64,000 bases of DNA, taken from positions 1,121-65,120 of the forward strand of contig JAFNIX010000011.1 of the NCBI GenBank assembly GCA_017601225.1, in the 5' to 3' direction. Below, one piece after another: positions 28,377 through 38,086 of this stretch (the first letter of the stretch is position 1; every line of letters begins with the position of its first letter). The translations under genes and the position numbers were made by a program. The notes beneath the pieces are model-generated. The model made no database searches, was not told the DNA's origin, and saw nothing but the letters and a program-made list of their open reading frames with translations. Source of the stretch: Candidatus Brockarchaeota archaeon (lineage in GTDB: Archaea; Thermoproteota; EX4484-205; JAAOZP01).

Positions 28377-29671
28377 AGTCTCTTGTGATACGGGTTTAGG
28401 TTGGAGCCGAGGGGCTCAGTGTTTCCAACAAGGTGTTCAACGTTCAACGGCAGCCGGTTGAAAACCCCGACCTTCCTCCCCCTCTTCCAGAAAGCGTCCT
28501 CAATCACGTCGTAAACTGTTTCGAAGAGCGGCTTCTTCCTCTGCCTGAAGCCGAGCAGCGCCACGTCGATCATGAGGGCAACCTGACTGCCAAGCGGCTG
28601 CGTAGTATAGGGTGTTACAGCCCCGTATCCTTCCTGACACTCTGAGCAGCCAGTGTTATGGATAAACGTGTACGGCTCAACAGGGGTTGAAACCCCGTTG
28701 AAGCCGCGGAGCTTCAGGCTTTCAAGATACTGCTTCCCCTGCTGGTCGATGTAGTTTGAGGGCAAGTCCTCTCTGGCGGCGGTCTGAACAGCGTCCATCA
28801 CAACCCTGTACAATCCTTCAACAGCCTCGTGAAACTCTCTTTGACCCATGGTCATCGGCTCGCCAACTCTGAAAGTCCTCCTTATCACACCGTGATACCC
28901 GTTGAAAGTCGGGCTGACACCCATAGACACCATGTCACCCTTCTGGATTATCCTGTTAGTCGCCGGCCCTATTATCGTGTAATTTCTTTCACCGGAAGTC
29001 ACGATGGTGGGGAAACCGGTTCTGCCTGCCCCCAGCTCCTTCATAACGTAGTCCCCAACCCCGGCGACCTCCAGCTCTCTCATTCCAGGCACTGAAACAG
29101 CCAGCATAGCCCTGAAAGCAGCGTCAGCAATAATGTTAGCCATCTCGCATATTTCCAGCTCCCTGTCAGACTTCTCATACTTTATTCTCTGCAGAAGCTC
29201 CTCGTCGAAGAACACCTTGTCAACGCCGAAAACCTTGTGGAGCAACATAACCTGCTCGTAGGGTACAGCTTGCGGGCTTGAGAGAACCGCCACCCGGCTG
29301 TCCTCTGAAACACCCATATGCTTCAAAACTTCACGGAACGAGGTGAACCGGGCATGCCTATAGTCCTCGTCAGAAATCTGGAATTCTTTCAGAAAAACGA
29401 TGTCGGCACCCGATTCCTCAACAGCCTCCTCTATCACATGCCCACCCTCAGGGCCGGCTAGAACAACGGGCCTACCCTCGGAGGGAACAAGAATACCGTA
29501 GCGTTCTATTATTGGGTCGAAGACGCCCGCGAGCCAAGCTATGTCAGACCTGTCCAGCTCGCTGCCGCACGCGTAAGCTAGGCGGTAGCCTTTCAAACCC
29601 ATCCTGCTTTGAAGAATACTCCATCTTTTCTCATACTCCTCCCTAGTTATTCTAAGTCCAAGGTTTACCAT
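28367..29671 (-). CDS. M24 (creatinase/prolidase) fold hydrolase lacking the two canonical Asp metal ligands
   Basis: Creatinase_N-like N-terminus plus a pita-bread domain. GDMVSMGVSPTFNGYHGVIRRTF aligns to GDlvviDxGaxyxgYxsDiTRT with Gly and Val at the Asp positions. IHNTG and VIEDAF are retained. I used the ATG at 29671 (the TTG at 29740 is possible). Confidence 0.7.
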   Translation of the reverse strand: MVNLGLRITREEYEKRWSILQSRMGLKGYRLAYACGSELDRSDIAWLAGVFDPIIERYGILVPSEGRPVVLAGPEGGHVIEEAVEESGADIVFLKEFQISDEDYRHARFTSFREVLKHMGVSEDSRVAVLSSPQAVPYEQVMLLHKVFGVDKVFFDEELLQRIKYEKSDRELEICEMANIIADAAFRAMLAVSVPGMRELEVAGVGDYVMKELGAGRTGFPTIVTSGERNYTIIGPATNRIIQKGDMVSMGVSPTFNGYHGVIRRTFRVGEPMTMGQREFHEAVEGLYRVVMDAVQTAAREDLPSNYIDQQGKQYLESLKLRGFNGVSTPVEPYTFIHNTGCSECQEGYGAVTPYTTQPLGSQVALMIDVALLGFRQRKKPLFETVYDVIEDAFWKRGRKVGVFNRLPLNVEHLVGNTEPLGSNLNPYHKRLYS

Positions 29672-29881
29672 GGGCCTGGTTTCTTCGATTATCTCGGCGG
29701 CGATAAGGCCTATTTCCCTTCGGCTCAGCCTGCTGGCCAAACTCCTTCACCATCCGGCTTGCATACGGTCAATAGTTCTAGGCTTATATGCGTTCTCCTA
29801 CTCTCCTCCATGCGAAGCCGGCGGTGTTAACGGTTTAAGCAGGCAACCTTATAAGTTTCTATGAAGAATTAGTCGCCAAGC

Positions 29882-30664
29882 TTGAAGAGAAGCAAGTTTC
29901 GAAACAGGGTTGTGCTAGCGGTTGGCGCGCACCCTGATGATGTTGAGTTTTTAATGGCGGGCACTCTGGCCCTCCTCCATAGAAAAGGATGCAGGATTTT
30001 CATCGCAACGGTTTGCACAGGAGACATGGGTTCAACGAGGCTCAGGAGCCAGGAGATCGCTAGCATCAGGTTCAGGGAGGCTGAGAAGGCTGCTAGCATT
30101 CTCGACGCACCCTATGTGTGTCTCGGAGAATCAGACCTGCACCTGGTTTTTGAAAACACGACTCGTTTCAAAGCGGTGGAGCTTGTGAGAAGAGTTAACC
30201 CGGACATCGTCATAACACACTCTCCGGAGGACTACATGATAGACCACCAGTTGACCGCAGACCTCATGTGGGACGCTTGCTTCAACGCGCCAATACCTAA
30301 CTACGTGACGAACCATGCTAACCCTGCTAAGCCGACTGGGAGAATACCATTCCTGTTCTACGCGGACGCCATTGGGGGCAGGAACAGGTTTGGTGAGAAG
30401 GTTCAAGTGGGTTTCTACGTAGACATAAGCTCGACGATCAGAGTCAAGGAGAGAATGCTTGCTCAACACAGGAGCCAGAGAGAATGGTTACGTGCACAGC
30501 ACGGCATAGATGAATACATACTTCAGATGAGACGGTGGGCCAGGGAGAGAGGCTCGGAAGCCGGAAGGAAATATGCGGAAGCGTTTCGCCAGCACAGGGG
30601 CCACCCGTTTCCCGAGGAGAACATTTTAGCTTCAATACTGGGCTCGCTATGCATAATACCTTGA
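29882..30664 (+). CDS. PIG-L / LmbE-family N-acetylglucosaminyl deacetylase
   Basis: VLAVGAHPDDVEFLMAGTLALL (AHPDD motif), DIVITHSPEDYMIDHQ, HRSQ. Confidence 0.85.
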   Translation: MKRSKFRNRVVLAVGAHPDDVEFLMAGTLALLHRKGCRIFIATVCTGDMGSTRLRSQEIASIRFREAEKAASILDAPYVCLGESDLHLVFENTTRFKAVELVRRVNPDIVITHSPEDYMIDHQLTADLMWDACFNAPIPNYVTNHANPAKPTGRIPFLFYADAIGGRNRFGEKVQVGFYVDISSTIRVKERMLAQHRSQREWLRAQHGIDEYILQMRRWARERGSEAGRKYAEAFRQHRGHPFPEENILASILGSLCIIP

Positions 30665-30940
30665 TCAGGATGCATATCGCATCAGCCGTCTTAAACTAGG
30701 CCTATTCCCAGCTGGGCTGAAGCTTAACCAGTAGATAAAGCCTTAAGTAAGAGAAATATGAGATGGGAAAAACAGAGGGTGGAGGATTGAGCTCAAACAC
30801 AGTTTCTACAAGGCTGTCCAAGTTCTACTCCTTATTCCCGTGGCCGGAGGACCCGTACTCTGAGCATGGGAGAAAACGCTACGAGGATGCTTTAAAGGAT
30901 ATGGAAGCCCTCATAAGCAGTAGAATGCTTTAAAACCTGG

Positions 30941-31720
30941 TTGAAAATATTCGGGAACAGTTTATTAAGAGCCACGCGGATGATACTTATGGGTTCTAGG
31001 ATTAATCCCGCTATTCTGCAAGTGATTAATGTGGCGGCTATACTGGCAACTATATTATTCAATTCTATCGTAAACGTGCTGCCTCTAAACGGTGTGACAA
31101 CGGGGCGGTTTCAGACTCTTATCCAAACCTTTTCACTCCCCCAGGCTACGTTTTCGCAATATGGGGAGTAATCTACGTTCTTCTCACCATATTCATGGTT
31201 TACCAGGCTCGGGTTAGCCAGAGGAAAGAAGAGTATCTCGGAGAAATAGGCTTCCTACACCTGCTGGGTGCCGTAGCAAACATACTGTGGCTAATAGTCT
31301 TCCACTACTCTTACGGGTAACCCGTCGCTCTTCGTGTTCACGCCTATTCCAATAGTCGCTCTACTAGCAACCCTTCTTCTAACATACATTAGGCTGGGAG
31401 TAGGCGTAAAGAAGACCCCGATGGTTCAGAAGCTGGCTGTTCACGTTCCGGTGAGCGTCTACCTCGGATGGATATCTCTAGCCACGATAGCGAACATCGC
31501 CTCAGTCATCAACGTGCTTATGCCAAGCATACCTCTGGATATTCAAGCTTTAGGGACGGCCGCGGTTATTCTGGTTGCTTTAACAATAACGCTGCTGATG
31601 CTTGTTAGAAGAAGAGACTTCGCCTACAGCCTGGTTGTAGTATGGGCGTCCATAGGGATTGCTTTGAAACAGGCATCTATCCCCGTAATCCACTGGACTG
31701 CACTATTCGCTTTGGCGTGA
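30941..31720 (+). pseudogene. TspO/MBR-related tryptophan-rich membrane protein, split over three frames
   Basis: Frame a: …VNVLPLNGVTTG. Frame b, after a shift at the G-run 31102-31105: AVSDSYPNLFTPPGYVFAIWGVIYVLLTIFMVYQA…FHYSYG, then TAA at 31318. Frame c, after a shift at GGG 31315-31317: GNPSLFVFTPIPIVALLATLLLTYIRL…YLGWISLATIANI…. Joined together they make one coherent TspO-like protein of about 250 aa. Confidence 0.65.
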
Positions 31721-31757
31721 TAATCGCCACAATAATACTTATGCTGGTGAAGAAGGG

Positions 31758-33044
31758 TTAGTGCAAACCGTGAGCCCGCCTTGAATAAACCGGTTGGTAA
31801 TAATGGTTGCGGTGCTTCCTGTTGCTTAGCCAGAGCATGAACAGGGGCAGGGAGCCCAGCACGTTTATCGCTGCAGAAGCGTAGAACACTGCCTGCGGCG
31901 TGAATCGAGTCCAGATTAATCCTCCGACCGCTGGCGAGACTAGGGCTACCATCCCGGCTATCAGGTTGATTACGCCGTATGCCGTGGCAACACCGGCTTG
32001 AGACCGGTACTTAGCTATAAGGCTCTGCCCGCTCACGTTGTCCAGCCCAAACGTTAAGCCCCAGAGAAGGAGGATTACGCTTGCTAGAACAGGGTTTTTC
32101 GAAACCGTGAAGAGAATCATGCATGGAGAGGTTGCAGCTATGTGGAAGGCGAAAGATATCTCTCCACCATACTTGTCAACTATCTTTCCACTCGGCAAGT
32201 GGCCGATCAGGATTCCCAGCTGCTCAGCGCTGAGCATCAAGCTTATAGTGGGCAGGGAGAATGCTAAAACATCTTCCGCATATATGGCTAAGTAAGGACC
32301 CTGAATACCTAATCCCAGCGTGTGAAACACTATGCCTAGCAAAACTGCCAGCAGCAACGGGTTTTTCAGACTGGCCAAGCCGTTCTTAAAATCCGTGAAA
32401 GATAGTCCGTTTCTCCACCTCTCGTCAACCCTTTCCACCGAATAGTGTAAAGATTCTTTTAAGAAAAGCATTGCGCCGCATAAGGCTGCAGACTCCAGTA
32501 TCAGGGCTAAGGCGAAAAGCCAGTAGAATCCGAGCAATACGGCTATTATGCCGGCGATGGATGTCGCGACGATGCTGCTAAGGCTCTGAAGAAATGCGAG
32601 TGTCGCATAGGCCTTGCCCCTTTTCTCCTCAGACGTCACATCTATGACATACGCGCTGGTGGAGGGACCCATGAAGCTCATGCTCAAGCCTTGAAAGACT
32701 AGTGCTATGAGCAGCCAGAAGGGGTCTTTGAATAAGAAGAGCAGGAGTAGAGTCGAAATGGAGAAGACAATAGCCAGCAACATCATTTTCTTCCTTCCAA
32801 AAATGTCTGAGAATACACCGGATGGGAAGCTGACTAGGCTCGACACCAGATCCCTAGCGGTGTTCATGAAGCCGAATATGAGAATGGAAACACCTAAGGT
32901 GCCTGTTATGTAGAGTCCGAGCAAAGAACCGTAAAGGCTACTGGCAAAACTCATCACCGCATTGATGAATGAGAGAACCCTGAGATTCTCGTCTAAAACC
33001 AGGTAATCCGAAAACCTGCTGATCATCCTTCCGAGCAGGCTCAT
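31758..33044 (-). CDS. MFS transporter
   Basis: About 12 TM segments. MFS motif A-like GVFSDIFGRKKMMLLAIV lies between TM2 and TM3. Confidence 0.85.
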   Translation of the reverse strand: MSLLGRMISRFSDYLVLDENLRVLSFINAVMSFASSLYGSLLGLYITGTLGVSILIFGFMNTARDLVSSLVSFPSGVFSDIFGRKKMMLLAIVFSISTLLLLFLFKDPFWLLIALVFQGLSMSFMGPSTSAYVIDVTSEEKRGKAYATLAFLQSLSSIVATSIAGIIAVLLGFYWLFALALILESAALCGAMLFLKESLHYSVERVDERWRNGLSFTDFKNGLASLKNPLLLAVLLGIVFHTLGLGIQGPYLAIYAEDVLAFSLPTISLMLSAEQLGILIGHLPSGKIVDKYGGEISFAFHIAATSPCMILFTVSKNPVLASVILLLWGLTFGLDNVSGQSLIAKYRSQAGVATAYGVINLIAGMVALVSPAVGGLIWTRFTPQAVFYASAAINVLGSLPLFMLWLSNRKHRNHYYQPVYSRRAHGLH

Positions 33045-33162
33045 AAGATCTGTAAGGGTGCCGGCTTAAAACTGAGGATTTAAATTTTTCATCCCTATTT
33101 TCTCCCACCAGTCTTGGAATCCTCGTAAGGCTTTTATAGTTAGAATTGCAGCTCTAAGAATA

Positions 33163-34872
33163 ATGTCTGCTGTATCGCAGCGGATCGTTTTGGCGGATGA
33201 AGGCAAAAGCCCCTACCGAATCATCATACCTGCTGATGCAATCCCGTCGGAACACTATGCTGCGGAAGAGCTGCAGAAGTACTTTGAGCGCATAAGCAGC
33301 GTGAAACTGCCCATTGCCACGGATGACCAGCCGATGGCAAGCCATGAAATCATGCTCGGCGACAACAAGCATCTGCGCAGCTTAGGATTGCAAGTGGATC
33401 TGTCTAAACTCGGATCAGAAGGCTTCCTGATTAAAACGTTTAACAATCATCTGGTAATCGTAGGCGGCAGGCCTCGTGGAACGCTTTACGGCGTATACGC
33501 TCTGCTTGAGGAGAAGCTCGGCGTCCGCTGGTTTACACCTGAAGTGGAGCACGTGCCCAGTATGACGCGTGTTGAAATCCCTTTCTTGGACGAGACGCAG
33601 AAACCGGCTTTAGAGTATCGAGAAGTCTTCTGGACGGAGATGCTGAGTGATGCTGACTTCGCAGCCCGACACAGGTTGAACGGCCACCATTACCGTTTGA
33701 CTGAGAAACACGGTGGACGGGCAGTCGTATTCCACCCGTTTGTACACAGTTTAGACCAACTTATTCCACGTGAAATCTGCGAGCAGCATCCGGAGTTCTG
33801 GCCGATGATAGATGGTAAACGCGTCAGCGGATATGTTCAAAGATGCTTGTCAAACCCTGAATTGGTTAAAATTGCGGTTGAACATGTGAGAAAATGGTTG
33901 GAGGAGCATCCTGACGCGACCATTATCGATGTTTCGCAGAACGACACGGGTAACTGGTGCCAGTGTCCAGAATGCAAAGCGTTTGACGAGTCTGAGGGAA
34001 GCCCAGCCGCGTCTCTCATCAGGTTCGTAAACACGATTGCCGAATCCATTGAACAAGATTATCCGGGTGTCCGCGTGGAGACTCTTGCCTACCAGTATAG
34101 CCGTAAGCCTCCGAAAACCCTTCGCCCGCGTAGAAACGTTATAATCAGGCTCTGCTCCATCGAGTGCTGCTTCTCCCACCCGTTGGAAAGCTGCCCGTCT
34201 GAGGAGAACAAGAGTTTCCGCAGAGACATTGAAGCCTGGCAGCCTGTTTCCCCACTGCTGTACGTTTGGGACTATACGACTAACTTCGCCCATTACGTTC
34301 AACCCTTCCCAAACCTTGAAGTGCTTCAGGCTAACGTAAGGTTCTTCGTTAAACACGGTGTCAAAGGCTTGTTTGAACAGGGCAACTATTCTCCAGGTGG
34401 AAACGGGGAGATGGCACCGCTTAGAGCATACTTGCTGGCTAAGCTACTCTGGAACCCTAATATTGATGTGCAGAAGCATTTGAACGATTTTCTGGAAGGC
34501 TATTACGGCGGGGCGGCGAACGCTGTCCGAGCCTACATAGAATTGCTGCACAGGAAGGTTAGGGAGAAGGATGTTCACGTTCACATTTACGACCCACCAG
34601 CCTCCCCGTTCTTGGACGACGAGTTTCTGGAAGAGGCTGAAAGGCTGTTCGACGAGGCGGAGCGGTTGGCCGACAGCGAGGAGACCCGTTTCCGCGTGCA
34701 GGTGGCCCGCCTACCAGTCTGGTACGTCAAGCTGGCTACGAACCGGGTTAAGGGGGAGGCACGGTTAGAGTTGCTCCATAGGTTTCTCCATGTTGCCCGA
34801 AAGGCTGGTATAACACATATCAGTGAAAGCACGAAGCTGGATGACTGGGCGAAGCAAATGGGCGAGGAATAA
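33163..34872 (+). CDS. DUF4838-family protein (GH20-like/glycoside-hydrolase-like fold, uncharacterised)
   Basis: ALEYREVFWTEMLSDADFAARHRLNG, RCLSNPE and GNWCQCPECKAFDESEGSPA resemble the DUF4838 pattern as I remember it. No signal peptide is obvious. Confidence 0.6.
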   Translation: MSAVSQRIVLADEGKSPYRIIIPADAIPSEHYAAEELQKYFERISSVKLPIATDDQPMASHEIMLGDNKHLRSLGLQVDLSKLGSEGFLIKTFNNHLVIVGGRPRGTLYGVYALLEEKLGVRWFTPEVEHVPSMTRVEIPFLDETQKPALEYREVFWTEMLSDADFAARHRLNGHHYRLTEKHGGRAVVFHPFVHSLDQLIPREICEQHPEFWPMIDGKRVSGYVQRCLSNPELVKIAVEHVRKWLEEHPDATIIDVSQNDTGNWCQCPECKAFDESEGSPAASLIRFVNTIAESIEQDYPGVRVETLAYQYSRKPPKTLRPRRNVIIRLCSIECCFSHPLESCPSEENKSFRRDIEAWQPVSPLLYVWDYTTNFAHYVQPFPNLEVLQANVRFFVKHGVKGLFEQGNYSPGGNGEMAPLRAYLLAKLLWNPNIDVQKHLNDFLEGYYGGAANAVRAYIELLHRKVREKDVHVHIYDPPASPFLDDEFLEEAERLFDEAERLADSEETRFRVQVARLPVWYVKLATNRVKGEARLELLHRFLHVARKAGITHISESTKLDDWAKQMGEE

Positions 34873-34927
34873 TTTAGAAGGCTACGTTTTCTCAAGCGTG
34901 CCTGCAAAATATGTTCGCATTTTAGAA

Positions 34928-35371
34928 TTAGTCTGAAGGTTTAAAACGTGCTGCCTGTAGTCTCTTTTTCTCCAGCTCCTGCTGCATTTCCTCGCAGCGC
35001 CTATACCAGAGTATTTCATAATCCTTTTGGGGCACAACCCTGTTTCTCAAGTCGGAAATCCTGCGGATCCCGCTTTCCCTACACCATTTTACACATATTT
35101 CATAAGCCTCCCAGTCTAGCTCCTCGGCCTCCCAGTAAACCGGGACCTCTGAGACACCACACAGGAAAGCGGCGAAAGCCCTAGTGTGACCATCGACAAA
35201 GATGACCTCGTCCCCAAGCTTTTTAACAGGTATGGGTTCAATCGACCACGGGTCGCTGGGGTTAAACCTTTTCATCACTTCGCAAAGCTTTTCAAAACAA
35301 ATATAGAGCTGGCTGGGCTGTATGTCTTCAAGCCTCATCCTGAATACTTTAGCCATTAGCCCGTGCTCCAA
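34928..35371 (-). CDS. ParB/Srx-fold (ParB-like nuclease domain) small protein
   Basis: IQPSQLYICFEKL … VIFVDGHTRAFAAFLCG matches the ParB-N/sulfiredoxin-fold motif (DGHHR-type). Confidence 0.55.
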   Translation of the reverse strand: MEHGLMAKVFRMRLEDIQPSQLYICFEKLCEVMKRFNPSDPWSIEPIPVKKLGDEVIFVDGHTRAFAAFLCGVSEVPVYWEAEELDWEAYEICVKWCRESGIRRISDLRNRVVPQKDYEILWYRRCEEMQQELEKKRLQAARFKPSD

Positions 35372-35469
35372 ATTTAGAACACTGGTAAATTTAAAACTTT
35401 GGTTAAAGCAGATTAGAAGTCAAGGGTGGATTTAGAGCCGCCTGTGAGAAACCTGAGAACCTTTCCCCT

Positions 35470-36621
35470 TTAAACGCTAAAGCCAATCCTCGGAATCTCC
35501 ATCTGTCTTCCTCCTCTTAAGGCTGATTGGTGAGCAATTATCCCTGGGACAGTCATGGCTAGAGCCTCATACACCCCAATGGCTGGAGGACGCTTCTCAA
35601 CTATTGATTCAATAAACTCGTGAACTATGAAAGTATGCGAGCCGTCGTGCCCACTCGGGTGGCGCAGCGTCTCCGGAAGCATAGCTGTTCTCCACCATTC
35701 TGTCTGTTGGTAGTCTTCCAACTGCGGCATGTCGAAGAGACTGTTCCCAGCCCTCCAGACAACATGCTTCGTGCCATTAGGATGCGGCTCGAAAAAACTC
35801 ATTTTCTCCCCAAACCACTGCCCCCTCTCGCATGGGCCGATAGGTGCGTTCCAGTAGACGGATACTCTGAAAGCATTACCCTTGTTCGTTATGAAGAACG
35901 CGGTCTCGTTCCAGAAAGGATTGTTGTAAGCATTATCCTTAAGAATCGGAGACCCGTCACCCCAGCCCACGCAGGAAACGCTAACCATGCTTTCTCCACT
36001 GACACCGACGAGGTATGCAGTACAGTGAGTAGGATAATGCATCGGCGGAAAACCGTAGCGCCAAGTTCTGTTACCATTATTATCGTAGAACAGTGACGCT
36101 AACCCTGGATGATAGTATTCAGCCTCCGTGTAGAATATCCTGCCGAACCGGCCCTCGCTAAACCACTTTCTTGCCGATATCACCGCCTGATGATACCAGC
36201 TGGTCTCAGCCATCATGTAATTCAACCCAGTTTCCCTAACAGTTTCGAGAAGCATATTTGCCTCCTCTAGGGTCATGCAGGCTGGTACTGCGCATAAAAC
36301 GTGTTTCCCCGCTTTCAAACACTTGACGGCATGCTCAGCGTGATTGGGCGCGGGTGTGAAAAGCGCGACTGCATCAACCCTCCGATCCTGCAGAAGCTCT
36401 TCAAGATCCTCGTATGCCTTTCCGCATCCGTAAACCTGCATTAGACGCTGGCGTTTTTCAGGAATAGGATCACACACTGCCTCCACAGCGCAATGCGGAT
36501 GCTTATGCCATTCGAAAACAGACCCGAAGCCTCCGCCCACTACTCCTATGCGGACCTTCTCGGATGGATTCACGTTTCTAAGCAGCCGGTGGAGGTTAAA
36601 ACTTTTTAATATCCGAAGCAT
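35470..36621 (-). CDS. Gfo/Idh/MocA-family NAD(P)-dependent oxidoreductase
   Basis: Rossmann motif VRIGVVGGGFGSVFEWH, VDAVALFTPAPNHAEHAVKCLKAGKHVLCAVP. The exact start is uncertain (ATG 36621 or GTG 36573). Confidence 0.85.
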   Translation of the reverse strand: MLRILKSFNLHRLLRNVNPSEKVRIGVVGGGFGSVFEWHKHPHCAVEAVCDPIPEKRQRLMQVYGCGKAYEDLEELLQDRRVDAVALFTPAPNHAEHAVKCLKAGKHVLCAVPACMTLEEANMLLETVRETGLNYMMAETSWYHQAVISARKWFSEGRFGRIFYTEAEYYHPGLASLFYDNNGNRTWRYGFPPMHYPTHCTAYLVGVSGESMVSVSCVGWGDGSPILKDNAYNNPFWNETAFFITNKGNAFRVSVYWNAPIGPCERGQWFGEKMSFFEPHPNGTKHVVWRAGNSLFDMPQLEDYQQTEWWRTAMLPETLRHPSGHDGSHTFIVHEFIESIVEKRPPAIGVYEALAMTVPGIIAHQSALRGGRQMEIPRIGFSV

Positions 36622-36823
36622 CAAACATCTTCGTGAAGACTTAAACCTTTTACAGTAGGCTATTCACGACATTAAGCGTCTTGTTTCAAGAGCTAAGACA
36701 ATGGTATAATGATGCGTATAGAAGAGTGGGCACGCTTAACCGGGAGAGATACCTGCTTCCTGAACTGAGTTTCACACTTTATGGGGTATGTGTCAAGATG
36801 GTGATTTTTTAACGCGTTTACGA

Positions 36824-37837
36824 TTATTTGGCAACCATGTCGAGAACCTCTTCCTTCTTCTCAAGTATTTCCAAGCAGTAGGTTATCGATTCGCCTATCG
36901 TCCTATCTATATCGTCCTCCCCGACGCCAAGCTCCTCCCTTATTAGTCTTCCATCTATGTAAGTGTAGGATGCCATTACGTCTGCGAATTCAACTGGGTC
37001 CAGCCCAGGCTCCACACCCCTCCTCATATACTCCTCCTTAACCCTCTTCATGAAACGCCGGTATAGGAAAGTCGGGATAGTAATTATCATCTTGTTGGGG
37101 CAACCCATATACTTGTTCACTATTCTCAAGAACTCTTTCCAAGTCATGTTATAGTAGCCAACCGGGTAGCATACTCCTCCCCTGCCCCGCTCAACCGCCC
37201 CCGCAATACACTCCCCCACCTGTCTCAGAGTAACCATGCTGGTTCCACCCTTAGGCCAGAAGACTGCTCTTCTCATGTTGAGAAGCTGTTTAACGAATAT
37301 CATCCAAACCGGTTTTCTACCGGGCTGCTTCCCGAAAATATAGGGCAGCTCGAGGACCATGACATCCATCTTATCGTCTGAGAAGGAGAGTGCCACGTTC
37401 TCCTGGTCAACGCGGCTCCTTATGTAAGGATGCTTCTCGTAAAGCTTTTTCTCAGGCCACAGCTTAGCGAAATAGGCGAAGTAGGAGCCGAGGACAACTG
37501 CCTTCCTAACCCCACACTCCTTAGCTAATCCTAGCAGCCTCTTGACAGGTGCAATATTATACTTATAGTAGGCGTCGTAAACTGGTGGGGGGAACTCCAC
37601 GCGCTCGTCAACCCCTGCGGCGAAAACAAAGCCCTCGCAGCCCTCGATCAGCCTCTTAATCTCCCCGTCGGACATCTCGTTTATATTCCCCAGTATCAGC
37701 TCCATTTCACCGGGAAGGTTTGCACCCTTCGGAATAGGCGGCAGCGCGATCGACCTCACCGAGTGCCCACGCCTAATAAGCTCAGCCGCTCCAGCCGACC
37801 CTAAGAGCCCAGTGCCTCCAACTATGAAAACCCTCAT
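36824..37837 (-). CDS. NAD-dependent epimerase/dehydratase family (SDR) protein
   Basis: MRVFIVGGTGLLGSAGAAELIRRGHSV Rossmann motif. Confidence 0.85.
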   Translation of the reverse strand: MRVFIVGGTGLLGSAGAAELIRRGHSVRSIALPPIPKGANLPGEMELILGNINEMSDGEIKRLIEGCEGFVFAAGVDERVEFPPPVYDAYYKYNIAPVKRLLGLAKECGVRKAVVLGSYFAYFAKLWPEKKLYEKHPYIRSRVDQENVALSFSDDKMDVMVLELPYIFGKQPGRKPVWMIFVKQLLNMRRAVFWPKGGTSMVTLRQVGECIAGAVERGRGGVCYPVGYYNMTWKEFLRIVNKYMGCPNKMIITIPTFLYRRFMKRVKEEYMRRGVEPGLDPVEFADVMASYTYIDGRLIREELGVGEDDIDRTIGESITYCLEILEKKEEVLDMVAK

Positions 37838-37973
37838 TCCTCAATTTTGACAGTTTATTTCCAGGCTGATAAACTTTAAGCCTCGCCAGCCCGCTTAGCC
37901 ACGGTTTTTCTCAACAGTGTAGGAAACAGTTTTCCACCAAAGCACCGCGCATCCAAGCAACACACGTTATTGT

Positions 37974-38070
37974 TCAGTCGCCAGCGATTCTCCTGTAAGA
38001 GTAAAGATGTCTATGCAAGTCAGCCCTATGATTATTCCCTGTTAAGTCTCTGAATATCTAGCGTGCTCAT
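37974..38070 (-). pseudogene. decayed partial copy of the small membrane-protein gene at 50835..51023
   Basis: 37974-38036 aligns with 50835-50897. The runs gcgattctcctgtaa (15/15) and ccctatgattat (12/12) are identical, overall identity is about 80%, and there is one 1-nt indel. It would encode …IIIGLTCIDIF / YSYRRIAGD* against the intact …IIIGLTGIIIFYIYRRIAGD*. It has the same orientation as the intact gene. Confidence 0.55.
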
Positions 38071-38086
38071 TAGATAAATGACCTTT

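Noticed and set aside
30763-30933. 56-aa ORF (MGKTEGGGLSSNTVSTRLSKFYSLFPWPEDPYSEHGRKRYEDALKDMEALISSRML) between the PIG-L and TspO-like genes
   Set aside because: It has protein-like composition but is below the track threshold, has no recognisable motif, and has no clear TATA or SD. There is not enough evidence to call it a gene.
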